A stretch of 64,000 bases of DNA from Candidatus Saccharimonadia bacterium (lineage in GTDB: Bacteria; Patescibacteriota; Saccharimonadia; UBA4664). The position numbers were made by a program, and so were the translations under genes. Within the stretch, counting starts at the first letter, position 1, and each line of letters starts with the position of its first letter. Of the stretch, positions 45,536-54,429 are shown piece by piece. The notes below the pieces were generated by a model. The model did not search any database, was not told the origin of the DNA, and saw nothing but the letters and a program-made list of their open reading frames with translations. The stretch covers positions 29,049-93,048 of the forward strand of contig DATKIP010000012.1 of NCBI GenBank assembly GCA_035544015.1, read 5' to 3'.

Positions 45536-46107
45536 TGTCGAGTGAACGTATTTCATCTGGCGGTGAACGCAACGAACAAGCCGCAGCCGAGCTCGAAGCC
45601 GCTCGCGCCGAGCGTCTCGCCGAAATCCGCGAAACCGCCGCCGAACACGACCCCGCCGCCCATGCCGAAAAACGGGCCGAGCGAGCAGCCGAAAAAGCGC
45701 GCGAAGCCATCGAGATCCACGCCGCCGAGCCCGAGCCGAACAACACTTCAGAAACCGAAACCCCTCACACCGGTCGCCAGCTGCCGTTCCTCAATCAGCA
45801 TCTCAATTACGCCCAAACTGTCGCGAGTATGCAACGTCACCTGCGCCCCATCAGCCGCAGTTTCAGCAAGGTCATCCACACCCCCGCCATCGAAACCGCC
45901 AGCGAAGCCCTCGAAAAGACCGTCGCCCGCCCCTCAGTGCTCCTGGGCGCCACCTGGACGGCCCTCATTGTCGGGAGCGCATTCTATCTCATTGCCCGGC
46001 ATTACGGCTTTGCGCTGTCTGGCTCGGAACTGATCTTCTCGTTCATCGTCGGCGCTGTACTCGGGCTCGTCCTCGAGGGGCTGTGGCGCGGCCTGCGCCG
46101 CCGCTAA
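45535..46107 (+). CDS. Membrane protein (190 aa): Ala/Glu-rich N-terminal region plus 2 C-terminal TM helices
   Basis: ATG overlaps the upstream TAA, so translationally coupled to the LPXTG protein. TWTALIVGSAFYLIARHY..LIFSFIVGAVLGLVLEGLW. Confidence 0.5.
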   Translation: MSSERISSGGERNEQAAAELEAARAERLAEIRETAAEHDPAAHAEKRAERAAEKAREAIEIHAAEPEPNNTSETETPHTGRQLPFLNQHLNYAQTVASMQRHLRPISRSFSKVIHTPAIETASEALEKTVARPSVLLGATWTALIVGSAFYLIARHYGFALSGSELIFSFIVGAVLGLVLEGLWRGLRRR

Positions 46108-46139
46108 CGCGTCGCCGATCGACTCTCCCTGCTGCTTTC

Positions 46140-49100
46140 TTAGCCGATCACCACATTACCCTGCTCATCCACGTACACCTCACCAGGGGCTAATTTTTTG
46201 GGCTTCTCTTCCTTTGGCTTATCAAGTTCCGCCGCCGGCTTCTCACCGGTGGGCAGGATAAGCTTACCGGTCATCGAACCCGCTTCCCTAGCCGCAGCCG
46301 TCGGCTGGTTGTGCTCGGCCTCAGCCTTGCTGACAATCACCTCCGCCGGCTTCTCGCGACCACGCCCGCCCCGATGACGCCGACGCGGCGCATTGCGACT
46401 ACCACCGTCAGCTGAGCCGGCCGGAGCGGCCGCGCTCTCAGCGGCCGCGGGCTTCCGATTCACGACAGGCTCGGCCGTCTCCTCCGGGCGCGCTACGCCC
46501 ACGGGTGGTTCGGGGTTGCGAGCCATCACCGCCGTCGCTTGACGCTCCGCGCGGGCCTTGGCCACATCGTCCGCCGCCAATGACTGCGCTTGCGGCAATC
46601 CCTCGTCCTCATCGGCAGCCGCTGAAGCCGGCGGTGGCTCCGGCGAGAGAACCATAGCCCCCGCATGCTTAATGATGGCCGGCGCATCAGCCTCCACCGC
46701 CGGTACCGCTGGTGCTACCGGTGGCTCCACCGAAGCCGCCGGGACCGGCCGCTTCGGCTCTGCCGGCGCCTTCGCGGGAGATGCCACGGCCGGCGCTGGG
46801 GTCGGTGGCGGAGTTTGATTCACCGCCGGCGAGGCCGAGACCGGCTGAGGTTCCGGCGCTGAAACCGCAGCGGCCGGGCCTTTCACAATCTGCGCCGCCG
46901 TACCCGCCGTCTCGCGATTAAGCTCCGCTATCTCACGCGCAAACCGCTCCTTCGACGACTCAATCGGCTCTAGTGGCTGAATAACCTTCAGCCCGTGGTG
47001 CTGCGCCGCCGTCCTAGCGTTCGCAGCCGATGCCCCTGTTGACACACCCGGAGCAGTATTGAGCTCAAGATCACCGCCCGGTTGATCTTCCATTCGAGGT
47101 CCCGCCACCGGCTCGGGCAAACGCCGATGTTCCGCCGTAGCCTCAGGGTGAATAAGAGCTGCACTCATCACCGTATCAATTTCGTGCTCCGCTTTCTCGA
47201 TCTGGGCTGATGGCGACAACTCATTAGTCGTCGCCGGCGCTTTTTCAACCTCCGGCGACGACCCTTCAAGCACCAAAGCCTCTGCTTTCGGCGCCTCCGG
47301 CTCCGATACGATGAGTGTCGACGACGTCACGGCCGGCACTGGTTCCGCCGGCACCGGCTTAGGCGGCGCCGAATGCTCCGGCGCCTCCACGACCGACTGA
47401 GGGGTCGGCGCGGACTCCGCATTATCGTGCTGAGACTCCGCCGGAGGCGCCATCGATTCCGGCAAACTTTCCGCTACACTCACCACATCATCCAGACCCT
47501 GCGATGCATTTGCCAAGGCCGGGGCAGAAACCGGAACTGCCGGAGGCTGAGCCGACCCCGTATTCGCAATACTCGCCGCCAGCTCAGCCTGACCCACCGG
47601 AACTTGAACCGGCGCGGGCGCCGGCGGCGATGCTACAACGGGCGCGGGTAGGGGTTCAGGTACAGGCACGGGTTCCGCCGGCGCCGGCTCGACCAAAGCA
47701 ATTCCCTCCGGAAGACCATTTAGTGAAGGCTTACCATCGGCCGCCGATTCCTCACTTGGCGCCTCCGGGCTATTGAGCAATGATTCCGCCGCCGGATCCA
47801 CAAAGTGAATCAACGGCTCGGGCGGCTGTGGCTCCGCCGGGGATACCGGCTCGGGCACTGGGGTTCGCGGAGCCGGCTCAGCCATTGCCACCGAAGAAGC
47901 TGCGGGCGCCACTGGCATCACCGGGGTCTGAACTTCCTCCGGAACCGCCGCAGCAACCTCAACCGGCACCATCGGCTCAGGCGCTGGCGGCGTATCCTGA
48001 ACAGCCGGTAATACCGGCGGCGCCTCCACCATCGGCGGCTCAACCGGCGGCGCGGGTTCCGGCGCGCGCAACGGCTCCTGCACAGACAATGCGGCCGGCT
48101 CAACCGGCACCACCGGCAGAGGCCCACTGGCTACCACCGGCTGCGGCTCTGGCTCCGGACGCACCACCGGTTGAGGGGCAACCGCCACCGCTACTGGAGC
48201 CGACGGAGCAATGGGAACGACCGGAACAGCCGGAGGGGGCGCAGCCGCCGGAACCACCGGCGCCGCACCCAGCACGTCAACCCCCGCATAGGGATCATCC
48301 GGCAAAGCCCCACCCTCGCCCACCAACCCCGGCTCTACCAGAGGCTCCGGCGCCTCAGCGACACGTGGCGCAGTCTCGGGCGCCGCTGCACCCAGCACAT
48401 CAATATTCGCATACGGATCATTCTCAAGCGGCTGTCCATCGCCCACAAAGGCCTGATTACTCGCCTCACCCAACAACGGAATTTCACCCAACGACGGCGA
48501 CTCGGACTGGCTGGCCGACTGGCCGCCACCTCCCGTAATATCATTAATGGACAACGTCCCCCCGCCAGCCGGAGGCACCGAAACTCCAGCCACCGGCCTC
48601 GGGTCTCCAGGCAGATCCACCGGTGGCGCTCCAATCGGAGGCGGAGTCGTGGCGGCACCGGTCACAGCCGGAGCCGCCGGCGCAACCGCCGCTGCAGCCT
48701 GCGCTCGATCACCCGCCGCCGCAATTTGTTGCGCCAATTCATCGGCTGCGTTTGCCGGAGCTGCCGGTATTGGCGCCACAGGCTGTTGCACCGGCGGCGC
48801 CACGGCCTCCCGAAAAGCCGGCGCCACCGCACCCAAATCCAGCGGCTGAACCGCGGGCCGCGGGGTTACCACCGGCAACGGCGGCACACCCGCACCCGGC
48901 GCCGGCAGATCAACCGGCGGCGCACCAATCGGAGGCGGAGTCACCGAAAGGCCCACGGGAGCCGGCGCTGGGGCAGGCGGCGGCGGGGGGGGTGCAGCAG
49001 CAGCTGACGCCGAGTCAGACGTCAAAGCCAGCGCCGCCAACGGATCAAGTTGCGCCGCCGCCGAAACCGGAGGCGCCGGAAATGCCACGGGGGCAGGGGT

Positions 49101-51758
49101 CGCCACCGGAGCGGGCATCACCACGGGGGCCACCGGCGGCTGAGGCTGCGGCATCGGCGCGACCGCCGGCGCCGCCCCGACCGCAGGGATGGCCACATCC
49201 GCCGGCGCCGCCACGGGCGCGACAGGAGCCGCCGCGACCGGAGGCATGGCCGCCGCCGCGACCGGAGGCATGGCCACGGCCGCCGGCGCCGGAACCGGAA
49301 CCGGCGCAGCCGCTGGCGGCTTCGAACTCAATCGATCGATCAAATCTGCCTCCACCACCGCTTTATCATGCCCATATTTTGCCGCACTCAACTGCTTTAT
49401 AGCTAGCCCTAGCTCCACATTCACGTTTCCAATCGGCGCGCTGTCCGCAATACTAAACGGCTGGCTCGGCAACCCACCAATCATCAGCCGCATCGCCGCA
49501 TGGTAGTTGGGAATGTTCACGAGGTCACTCGCATCAAACACCGGTGCAAACTGCCTCACCATAAACTCCGCATCCTCCGGCCCCATCCGGTGAGCCACGA
49601 TCGTGCCAATGTTCCCAAACACCGCATCCCGAATCGGATCACTCAGCTGCCCGATGAATTGGTTCGCCACGATCAAATTCAGCCGGTACTTGCGCGCCTC
49701 GCTCAAAATGCTCGCAAAACTATCGGTCGAAAAATTCTGAAACTCATCCACGTACAGCGCAAAATCACTCCGCTCTGCCTCCGGCATATCCGCACGGCTC
49801 ATCGCCGCCGCCTGGAACTTAATCACAAAGATCATACCCAGCAGCTGCGAGTTGAGTTCCCCTATCCGCCCCTTACTCAAGTTCACGATCAAAATCTTTT
49901 TCTGATCCATCACCTCGCGAATGTTAAATGAGCTCTTCGTCTGCCCAATGATATTGCGCATCATCTCGTTGTTTTGGAACGCCCCAAACTTACTCACAAA
50001 CCACCCGAGCATCTCACTCTTGTGGTAGTCGCTCGTTTGCCCCATCTCCTTCGTCCAGAAGTCGATCACCGTCGGGTCCTTGAGGTACTTAAACTTCCGC
50101 TTCAAGTAGTCCGTATCCGTAAACACCTTCGGAATCTCAATGAACGTCGCCCCGTTCGGGTCGCTCATGAGCGTCAACGCTGCATTCCGGTACCAATGCT
50201 CATACCGCGGACCAATGATCCCCGTGTGCCCCGGGTCGTACAATTTGTAGAGCATGCCGATCGTCTCTTGCACCAAAAAATCCTTCTGGGTCGGATCCGT
50301 AAACTCAAACAGGTTCAGCCCCAGCGGATACTGCGTATCGGCCGGGTTAAAGTAAATCACATCCTCGGCTCGGCTCTTGGGCACCAACGCCAATAATTTC
50401 TCGGCGCTATCCCCGTGCGGATCAATAAACGCAAAGCCATTACCAGCCTGCATATCCTGCACTGCCAAGTTTTCGAGCATGGTCGATTTACCCGTACCCG
50501 TTTGACCCAAAATGTAGCTATGGCGGCGCCGATCTTCAGCACTTAGCCGAATCTCCTTGCGCACCCCCCGAAACTCGTTGTAGCCAAACATAAGCCCCGT
50601 TGTCGGCAACTGCACCGGCCCATCCACCTGCTTCGTCTGCTGGCGCTGCACGCTGGCGCTGGGCGTAAACTGCGAATCCGGCAAATGAAACAGCGTCGCG
50701 AGCTCCGCGCTCGACAGCACATTGCTCGCCAGCTCATTGGGGAAAAACCGAAAAATAAACGCCGTCACCAACCCCTGCACATCCAGCGCCGGCAAAAACT
50801 TAAATCCATTGAGCCCTGGGCTATCAAACAACGCAAACGTTGTCGCAATGTCGCGCAAGAGCTGCTGGCTACGCACCACCGAACCCGTCGACACGATCAC
50901 CCGCACCAGCACCTCAAATCCCGGATGCTTGGTTTTCTCCTCGATCCGGTCAACCTGGCCCAGCTGCAACTGCGAAACATCCGCTTGCCCACCATTTCGG
51001 GCCCGCTCCTCTTCGCGCCGCTCCGCCGGCGCCTTCACGGCCGCTTTAGCCAAATCCAAGGCCGAGAATTTCAGATCATTGTTCTTGCCCTTACGCATCC
51101 GATCAGCCAGCGCCACCGACTTTTTCACCCAACCACTACCGGCCGGCCGCAGCATAATCTGTATCGCCACCCCATCTTGCTTCTCCAGCGCCGATACCGT
51201 CGTCAACAACGCCTCCATCGGATCACGCTCCAGCTGCTCATATGTCGCAATCGGATACGCGCTCTCGGTTTTGAGCACCATCTCGCCACCCAAAGTCGCC
51301 GCCAGCCGCCCGTCCTGATTGAAGATGTTGTGGTCCTCCACCTCCTCCAGCCGCGAGCCCGGATACGCCGTTTGCACCGCCTTTTTCACCACGCTCACCA
51401 GCGCCACGGGCACGGCGGCGTAGAAGTGCACCAAACCATCCACCACGATCAGCTCCAACGCAATATGCCGCTGGCCATAGAAGCTACTCTTAAACCCTTC
51501 GGTGGCCGTGCCCGCTAGCAGGTTATAGAGCACCTCTGCCTGGGAAGTCTTTTCGCGCATTATCTCGCGCAAATCACGATTTTCGCCCTGCGTATCCGAG
51601 CTGGGCGGCGGCAGATGAATCAGCACGGGCACCATCTTGAGACCCCGTTCAATCGCTTTAGCGCGCCGCAATTTCTTCTGATACGTAAAGTACGCCACCG
51701 CGCCCAAGCCCCCGGCCAGCGTGAAAAATATCAGCACAATCACCAAGATCACGCTCAC
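46140..51758 (-). CDS. Giant membrane-anchored P-loop ATPase of the HerA/FtsK/VirD4-TraD (type IV coupling protein-like) superfamily with about 1100-aa Pro/Ala-rich repetitive C-terminal tail (1872 aa)
   Basis: N-terminal TM MSVILVIVLIFFTLAGGLGAVAYF. Walker A HSYILGQTGTGKSTMLENL. Walker B/DExx ALYVDEFQNF. SEARKYRLNLIVANQFIGQL (RK...Q motif of TraD/VirD4/HerA). After about aa 760 the sequence is Pro/Ala/Val-rich, with internal repeats (TPPPIGAPPVDLP x2; DPYA.IDVLGAAP x2). Confidence 0.75.
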   Translation of the reverse strand: MSVILVIVLIFFTLAGGLGAVAYFTYQKKLRRAKAIERGLKMVPVLIHLPPPSSDTQGENRDLREIMREKTSQAEVLYNLLAGTATEGFKSSFYGQRHIALELIVVDGLVHFYAAVPVALVSVVKKAVQTAYPGSRLEEVEDHNIFNQDGRLAATLGGEMVLKTESAYPIATYEQLERDPMEALLTTVSALEKQDGVAIQIMLRPAGSGWVKKSVALADRMRKGKNNDLKFSALDLAKAAVKAPAERREEERARNGGQADVSQLQLGQVDRIEEKTKHPGFEVLVRVIVSTGSVVRSQQLLRDIATTFALFDSPGLNGFKFLPALDVQGLVTAFIFRFFPNELASNVLSSAELATLFHLPDSQFTPSASVQRQQTKQVDGPVQLPTTGLMFGYNEFRGVRKEIRLSAEDRRRHSYILGQTGTGKSTMLENLAVQDMQAGNGFAFIDPHGDSAEKLLALVPKSRAEDVIYFNPADTQYPLGLNLFEFTDPTQKDFLVQETIGMLYKLYDPGHTGIIGPRYEHWYRNAALTLMSDPNGATFIEIPKVFTDTDYLKRKFKYLKDPTVIDFWTKEMGQTSDYHKSEMLGWFVSKFGAFQNNEMMRNIIGQTKSSFNIREVMDQKKILIVNLSKGRIGELNSQLLGMIFVIKFQAAAMSRADMPEAERSDFALYVDEFQNFSTDSFASILSEARKYRLNLIVANQFIGQLSDPIRDAVFGNIGTIVAHRMGPEDAEFMVRQFAPVFDASDLVNIPNYHAAMRLMIGGLPSQPFSIADSAPIGNVNVELGLAIKQLSAAKYGHDKAVVEADLIDRLSSKPPAAAPVPVPAPAAVAMPPVAAAAMPPVAAAPVAPVAAPADVAIPAVGAAPAVAPMPQPQPPVAPVVMPAPVATPAPVAFPAPPVSAAAQLDPLAALALTSDSASAAAAPPPPPPAPAPAPVGLSVTPPPIGAPPVDLPAPGAGVPPLPVVTPRPAVQPLDLGAVAPAFREAVAPPVQQPVAPIPAAPANAADELAQQIAAAGDRAQAAAAVAPAAPAVTGAATTPPPIGAPPVDLPGDPRPVAGVSVPPAGGGTLSINDITGGGGQSASQSESPSLGEIPLLGEASNQAFVGDGQPLENDPYANIDVLGAAAPETAPRVAEAPEPLVEPGLVGEGGALPDDPYAGVDVLGAAPVVPAAAPPPAVPVVPIAPSAPVAVAVAPQPVVRPEPEPQPVVASGPLPVVPVEPAALSVQEPLRAPEPAPPVEPPMVEAPPVLPAVQDTPPAPEPMVPVEVAAAVPEEVQTPVMPVAPAASSVAMAEPAPRTPVPEPVSPAEPQPPEPLIHFVDPAAESLLNSPEAPSEESAADGKPSLNGLPEGIALVEPAPAEPVPVPEPLPAPVVASPPAPAPVQVPVGQAELAASIANTGSAQPPAVPVSAPALANASQGLDDVVSVAESLPESMAPPAESQHDNAESAPTPQSVVEAPEHSAPPKPVPAEPVPAVTSSTLIVSEPEAPKAEALVLEGSSPEVEKAPATTNELSPSAQIEKAEHEIDTVMSAALIHPEATAEHRRLPEPVAGPRMEDQPGGDLELNTAPGVSTGASAANARTAAQHHGLKVIQPLEPIESSKERFAREIAELNRETAGTAAQIVKGPAAAVSAPEPQPVSASPAVNQTPPPTPAPAVASPAKAPAEPKRPVPAASVEPPVAPAVPAVEADAPAIIKHAGAMVLSPEPPPASAAADEDEGLPQAQSLAADDVAKARAERQATAVMARNPEPPVGVARPEETAEPVVNRKPAAAESAAAPAGSADGGSRNAPRRRHRGGRGREKPAEVIVSKAEAEHNQPTAAAREAGSMTGKLILPTGEKPAAELDKPKEEKPKKLAPGEVYVDEQGNVVIG

Positions 51759-51782
51759 CGCCGCACCCTCCAGCCCAAGACG

Positions 51783-52226
51783 TTACGCTCCTTTGGACTT
51801 AGTATCGTCGGGGTTCGGATCCGCTACATTGATCCCATAACGCTTTTGCAAATAATCCTGCTGCAAATCTTCGATCGCCTCTTCCTCACCATACGGATCA
51901 CCCGCGTGATCTCGAATCACTACCTCGGCCTTATCAACCCATTCAGGCTCAATCACGTCCACATCCGCTGCCGTCGCCGGATTCGCCGAGGCCGAAGTCG
52001 GCGCCGCCCCCACGGCCGGAGTCGCCGCTATCGCCGCCGCCACATCCGCCGCCGACAGCTTCGGCGCCGCCGGTTGGCCGCCCGCCGGAGCCGCCGCCGG
52101 CCGCTCGCCACCCGCAGCCATCTCCGGGGTCACAGCCGGCATCGCACGCTCCGGGCTCGGGCCCATCGGCCGCTCGCCTCCAGCCGGCATATTCGGTGAG
52201 GGTGATTGACTATCCATTACCCGCAA
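51783..52226 (-). CDS. Hypothetical protein (147 aa), Pro/Ala-rich N-terminus and acidic conserved C-terminus. Immediately upstream of, and co-oriented with, the giant ATPase.
   Basis: A 24-nt gap separates it from the downstream ATPase gene. IEPEWVDKAEVVIRDHAGDPYGEEEAIEDLQQDYLQKRYG. Confidence 0.45.
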   Translation of the reverse strand: MRVMDSQSPSPNMPAGGERPMGPSPERAMPAVTPEMAAGGERPAAAPAGGQPAAPKLSAADVAAAIAATPAVGAAPTSASANPATAADVDVIEPEWVDKAEVVIRDHAGDPYGEEEAIEDLQQDYLQKRYGINVADPNPDDTKSKGA

Positions 52227-52307
52227 TTATACCATATATTGCGCTTGTGCTAACCTGCCGCGGCCGCCCGATTTTGCTACAATGAAACCCAATAACGCAG
52301 AAAAGCT

Positions 52308-52919
52308 ATGCCAACTCCCGAAGCTCCATCCGAGCATCCCCCAGTCACAGCCCAAGAGTTAGACCACTCTCAAGACGCCGACAGAGCCAGGTACCTCGAC
52401 GCCGTAGCCCAAATTGGCGCCGAGCTTGGCTACCAGGGTCCGCCAAATCATTCACCCTACGAGCTCGCCATGCGCCTCACCGGTGGCAATGCCGAAATCA
52501 GCACCATCAGGCGAGTTGCTCGCGCGGCCCACGATAGGGGTATGCTCTCTGATCAGTTCAGCTCCAGTCAACTTGCCATCTTTCGCCTCGTTGGCGACGC
52601 GGCGCCGGATTGGGGTGAACGAAAAGCTGAAATCCGCCAAACTCCACTGTGGCAACGGATAGTGGCCAGGGCCGAGAAGGAACCCATCTTCTTTGGCGAC
52701 CCCGACATCCTCTGGAAGGACATCGCCACTCTATACGGTCTCGATCTAACCACCACCTTTGATAGCCTCGATCAGTCCATCAAGGCCGAAACCAATGAAG
52801 ACAACGCTCAGGGTCTACCGCCAAACCGCCGCCATTACACCCCGCCTCTCTTCAACGCCTACGACCTATTCAGCGACGAACAAAACGGCGCCGGTTTCGG
52901 CCGAGCAATAGACTGGTAG
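52308..52919 (+). CDS. Hypothetical protein (203 aa)
   Basis: Clean ORF with coding-like composition and no recognised motif. Confidence 0.5.
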   Translation: MPTPEAPSEHPPVTAQELDHSQDADRARYLDAVAQIGAELGYQGPPNHSPYELAMRLTGGNAEISTIRRVARAAHDRGMLSDQFSSSQLAIFRLVGDAAPDWGERKAEIRQTPLWQRIVARAEKEPIFFGDPDILWKDIATLYGLDLTTTFDSLDQSIKAETNEDNAQGLPPNRRHYTPPLFNAYDLFSDEQNGAGFGRAIDW

Positions 52920-52943
52920 CCGGCACCCAAAACGCCTCAGAAT

Positions 52944-54377
52944 CTAATTATGCACCCACACCGGCGTCCCGATCGTCGACCAATTGTATAGGAATTCCGC
53001 CGTCGCATCCGGCAAGTTCACACACCCATGCGACCCGCCGTAGTAGTAATCCGGCCCACCAAATTTACCGTTCCGCCATACCGCATCATGCAAGCCATAA
53101 CCAGAGTAGAAGGGCATCCAGTACTTCACTGGCACGTCGTAATTATACCCATATTGATACCCCACCAGATGAGTATTCGTCGTTTTGTAATAAATGCTAA
53201 ACAGTCCTGTAACAGTGCCCAAACCAGCGCCCGTAGCCCCACTCGTTAGCGGTGATTCGTAAATCACCTGGTGATCCTGCCATACCCACAAATGCTGCTT
53301 GCTCAGATTTATTTCGATGTACCGGCCCAAATCCAAACTCACGAGCGTAGTAGAGGTCGTCTTAAACGGCACCGCATGCGAGGTAATCGCAAATGTCAGG
53401 GGAGTCTGCTTGCCCACCGCCTCGGCCACCGCCGCCGTGATCGAATCCTGATCGATAGCCGTCCCCTCGACGCCCTCCTGAGCCACCTTGGCAACACCGT
53501 TCTCCACATTCACTTTTTTGTTTGTCGGCGCCACGTCCAGCCGATTGGCCAAACCCTGCACATAATTTTTCAACCGAGCCGTATCCACCTGCGGTACCAA
53601 CTTATGAGCCAGCCCATCCGGCTGCTTCACAAACCCAATCCAAGTACCAATCTCGGCCGGAGTAGGGGTAAACGTCTGGCCCTGGTAGCTCAAAACCACC
53701 GGCACCGCCATCAAATGCCTGGTTTGCTCAATCGTCGGCGCCAGGGCCTGCACCCGAATATCGGCCAGCTGTTCGCGAGGCTTCAGCGCCAGGGTCGCCC
53801 CGGCGGGGGAGCGCACATCATCCTCAATCAGCCGCTCCAATCCAATCCGATCAATCGACCAGCCGCTTTTTTCCGGCACCGTCGTCACCGCTCCAGCTGC
53901 CACCACCACCGCCGCGTCGACCGGGGGAGTACCAATTTTGTTTGACACACTCGTCGCAAACGCATTGAGCTGGACACGATTGAGCCGGTATGACAGCTCC
54001 AGGGGCTCGTGGTGCAACGGCGGCAACCAGCTCTCACGACCCGAATTGTAAGCACTCGAAAGCGTCGCCTCCACATCGAAGGTCACCCCCAAGTCAGCCG
54101 CCGCCACGTTATATTTGTCGCCCGCCACATCGAGCTTCAACCGGTAAGCCGCCACATTCTTCGCAATCACCATCCGCGCCTGAGCCAGCGTTAGCCCGCT
54201 CAAATTATGGCCGGCCACCCGCACCCCCGGAAGCATCCGCCCATCGTAGTAAGCCTGGGTAGCCATATGCATACCCACAGCAAAAAAACCCACTACCAGG
54301 CCCATAGCGGCCACCCGGGTCACCGACGTAAAACCGGCGCTTCCGTGCCGCTCAGGATCTAATCTCCGCCTCAGCAT
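52944..54377 (-). CDS. L,D-transpeptidase (YkuD domain) with N-terminal TM anchor and large extracellular region
   Basis: C-terminal YkuD catalytic motif ...HDAVWRNGKFGGPDYYYGGSHGCVNLPDATAEFLYNW. N-terminal VAAMGLVVGFFAVGMHMA is a TM helix. Confidence 0.75.
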   Translation of the reverse strand: MLRRRLDPERHGSAGFTSVTRVAAMGLVVGFFAVGMHMATQAYYDGRMLPGVRVAGHNLSGLTLAQARMVIAKNVAAYRLKLDVAGDKYNVAAADLGVTFDVEATLSSAYNSGRESWLPPLHHEPLELSYRLNRVQLNAFATSVSNKIGTPPVDAAVVVAAGAVTTVPEKSGWSIDRIGLERLIEDDVRSPAGATLALKPREQLADIRVQALAPTIEQTRHLMAVPVVLSYQGQTFTPTPAEIGTWIGFVKQPDGLAHKLVPQVDTARLKNYVQGLANRLDVAPTNKKVNVENGVAKVAQEGVEGTAIDQDSITAAVAEAVGKQTPLTFAITSHAVPFKTTSTTLVSLDLGRYIEINLSKQHLWVWQDHQVIYESPLTSGATGAGLGTVTGLFSIYYKTTNTHLVGYQYGYNYDVPVKYWMPFYSGYGLHDAVWRNGKFGGPDYYYGGSHGCVNLPDATAEFLYNWSTIGTPVWVHN

Positions 54378-54429
54378 AGAGCTAGTATACCGCTAACGCT
54401 TTATTTGAAACAGAGCAAAATGCGCTCCG

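Noticed and set aside
47373-51518. Multiple long plus-strand ORFs (47780..48538, 48171..49007, 48623..49402, 50685..51518, etc.)
   Set aside because: All are mirror or shadow frames of the 1872-aa ATPase gene and its Pro/Ala-rich tail (Arg- or Pro-rich repeats).
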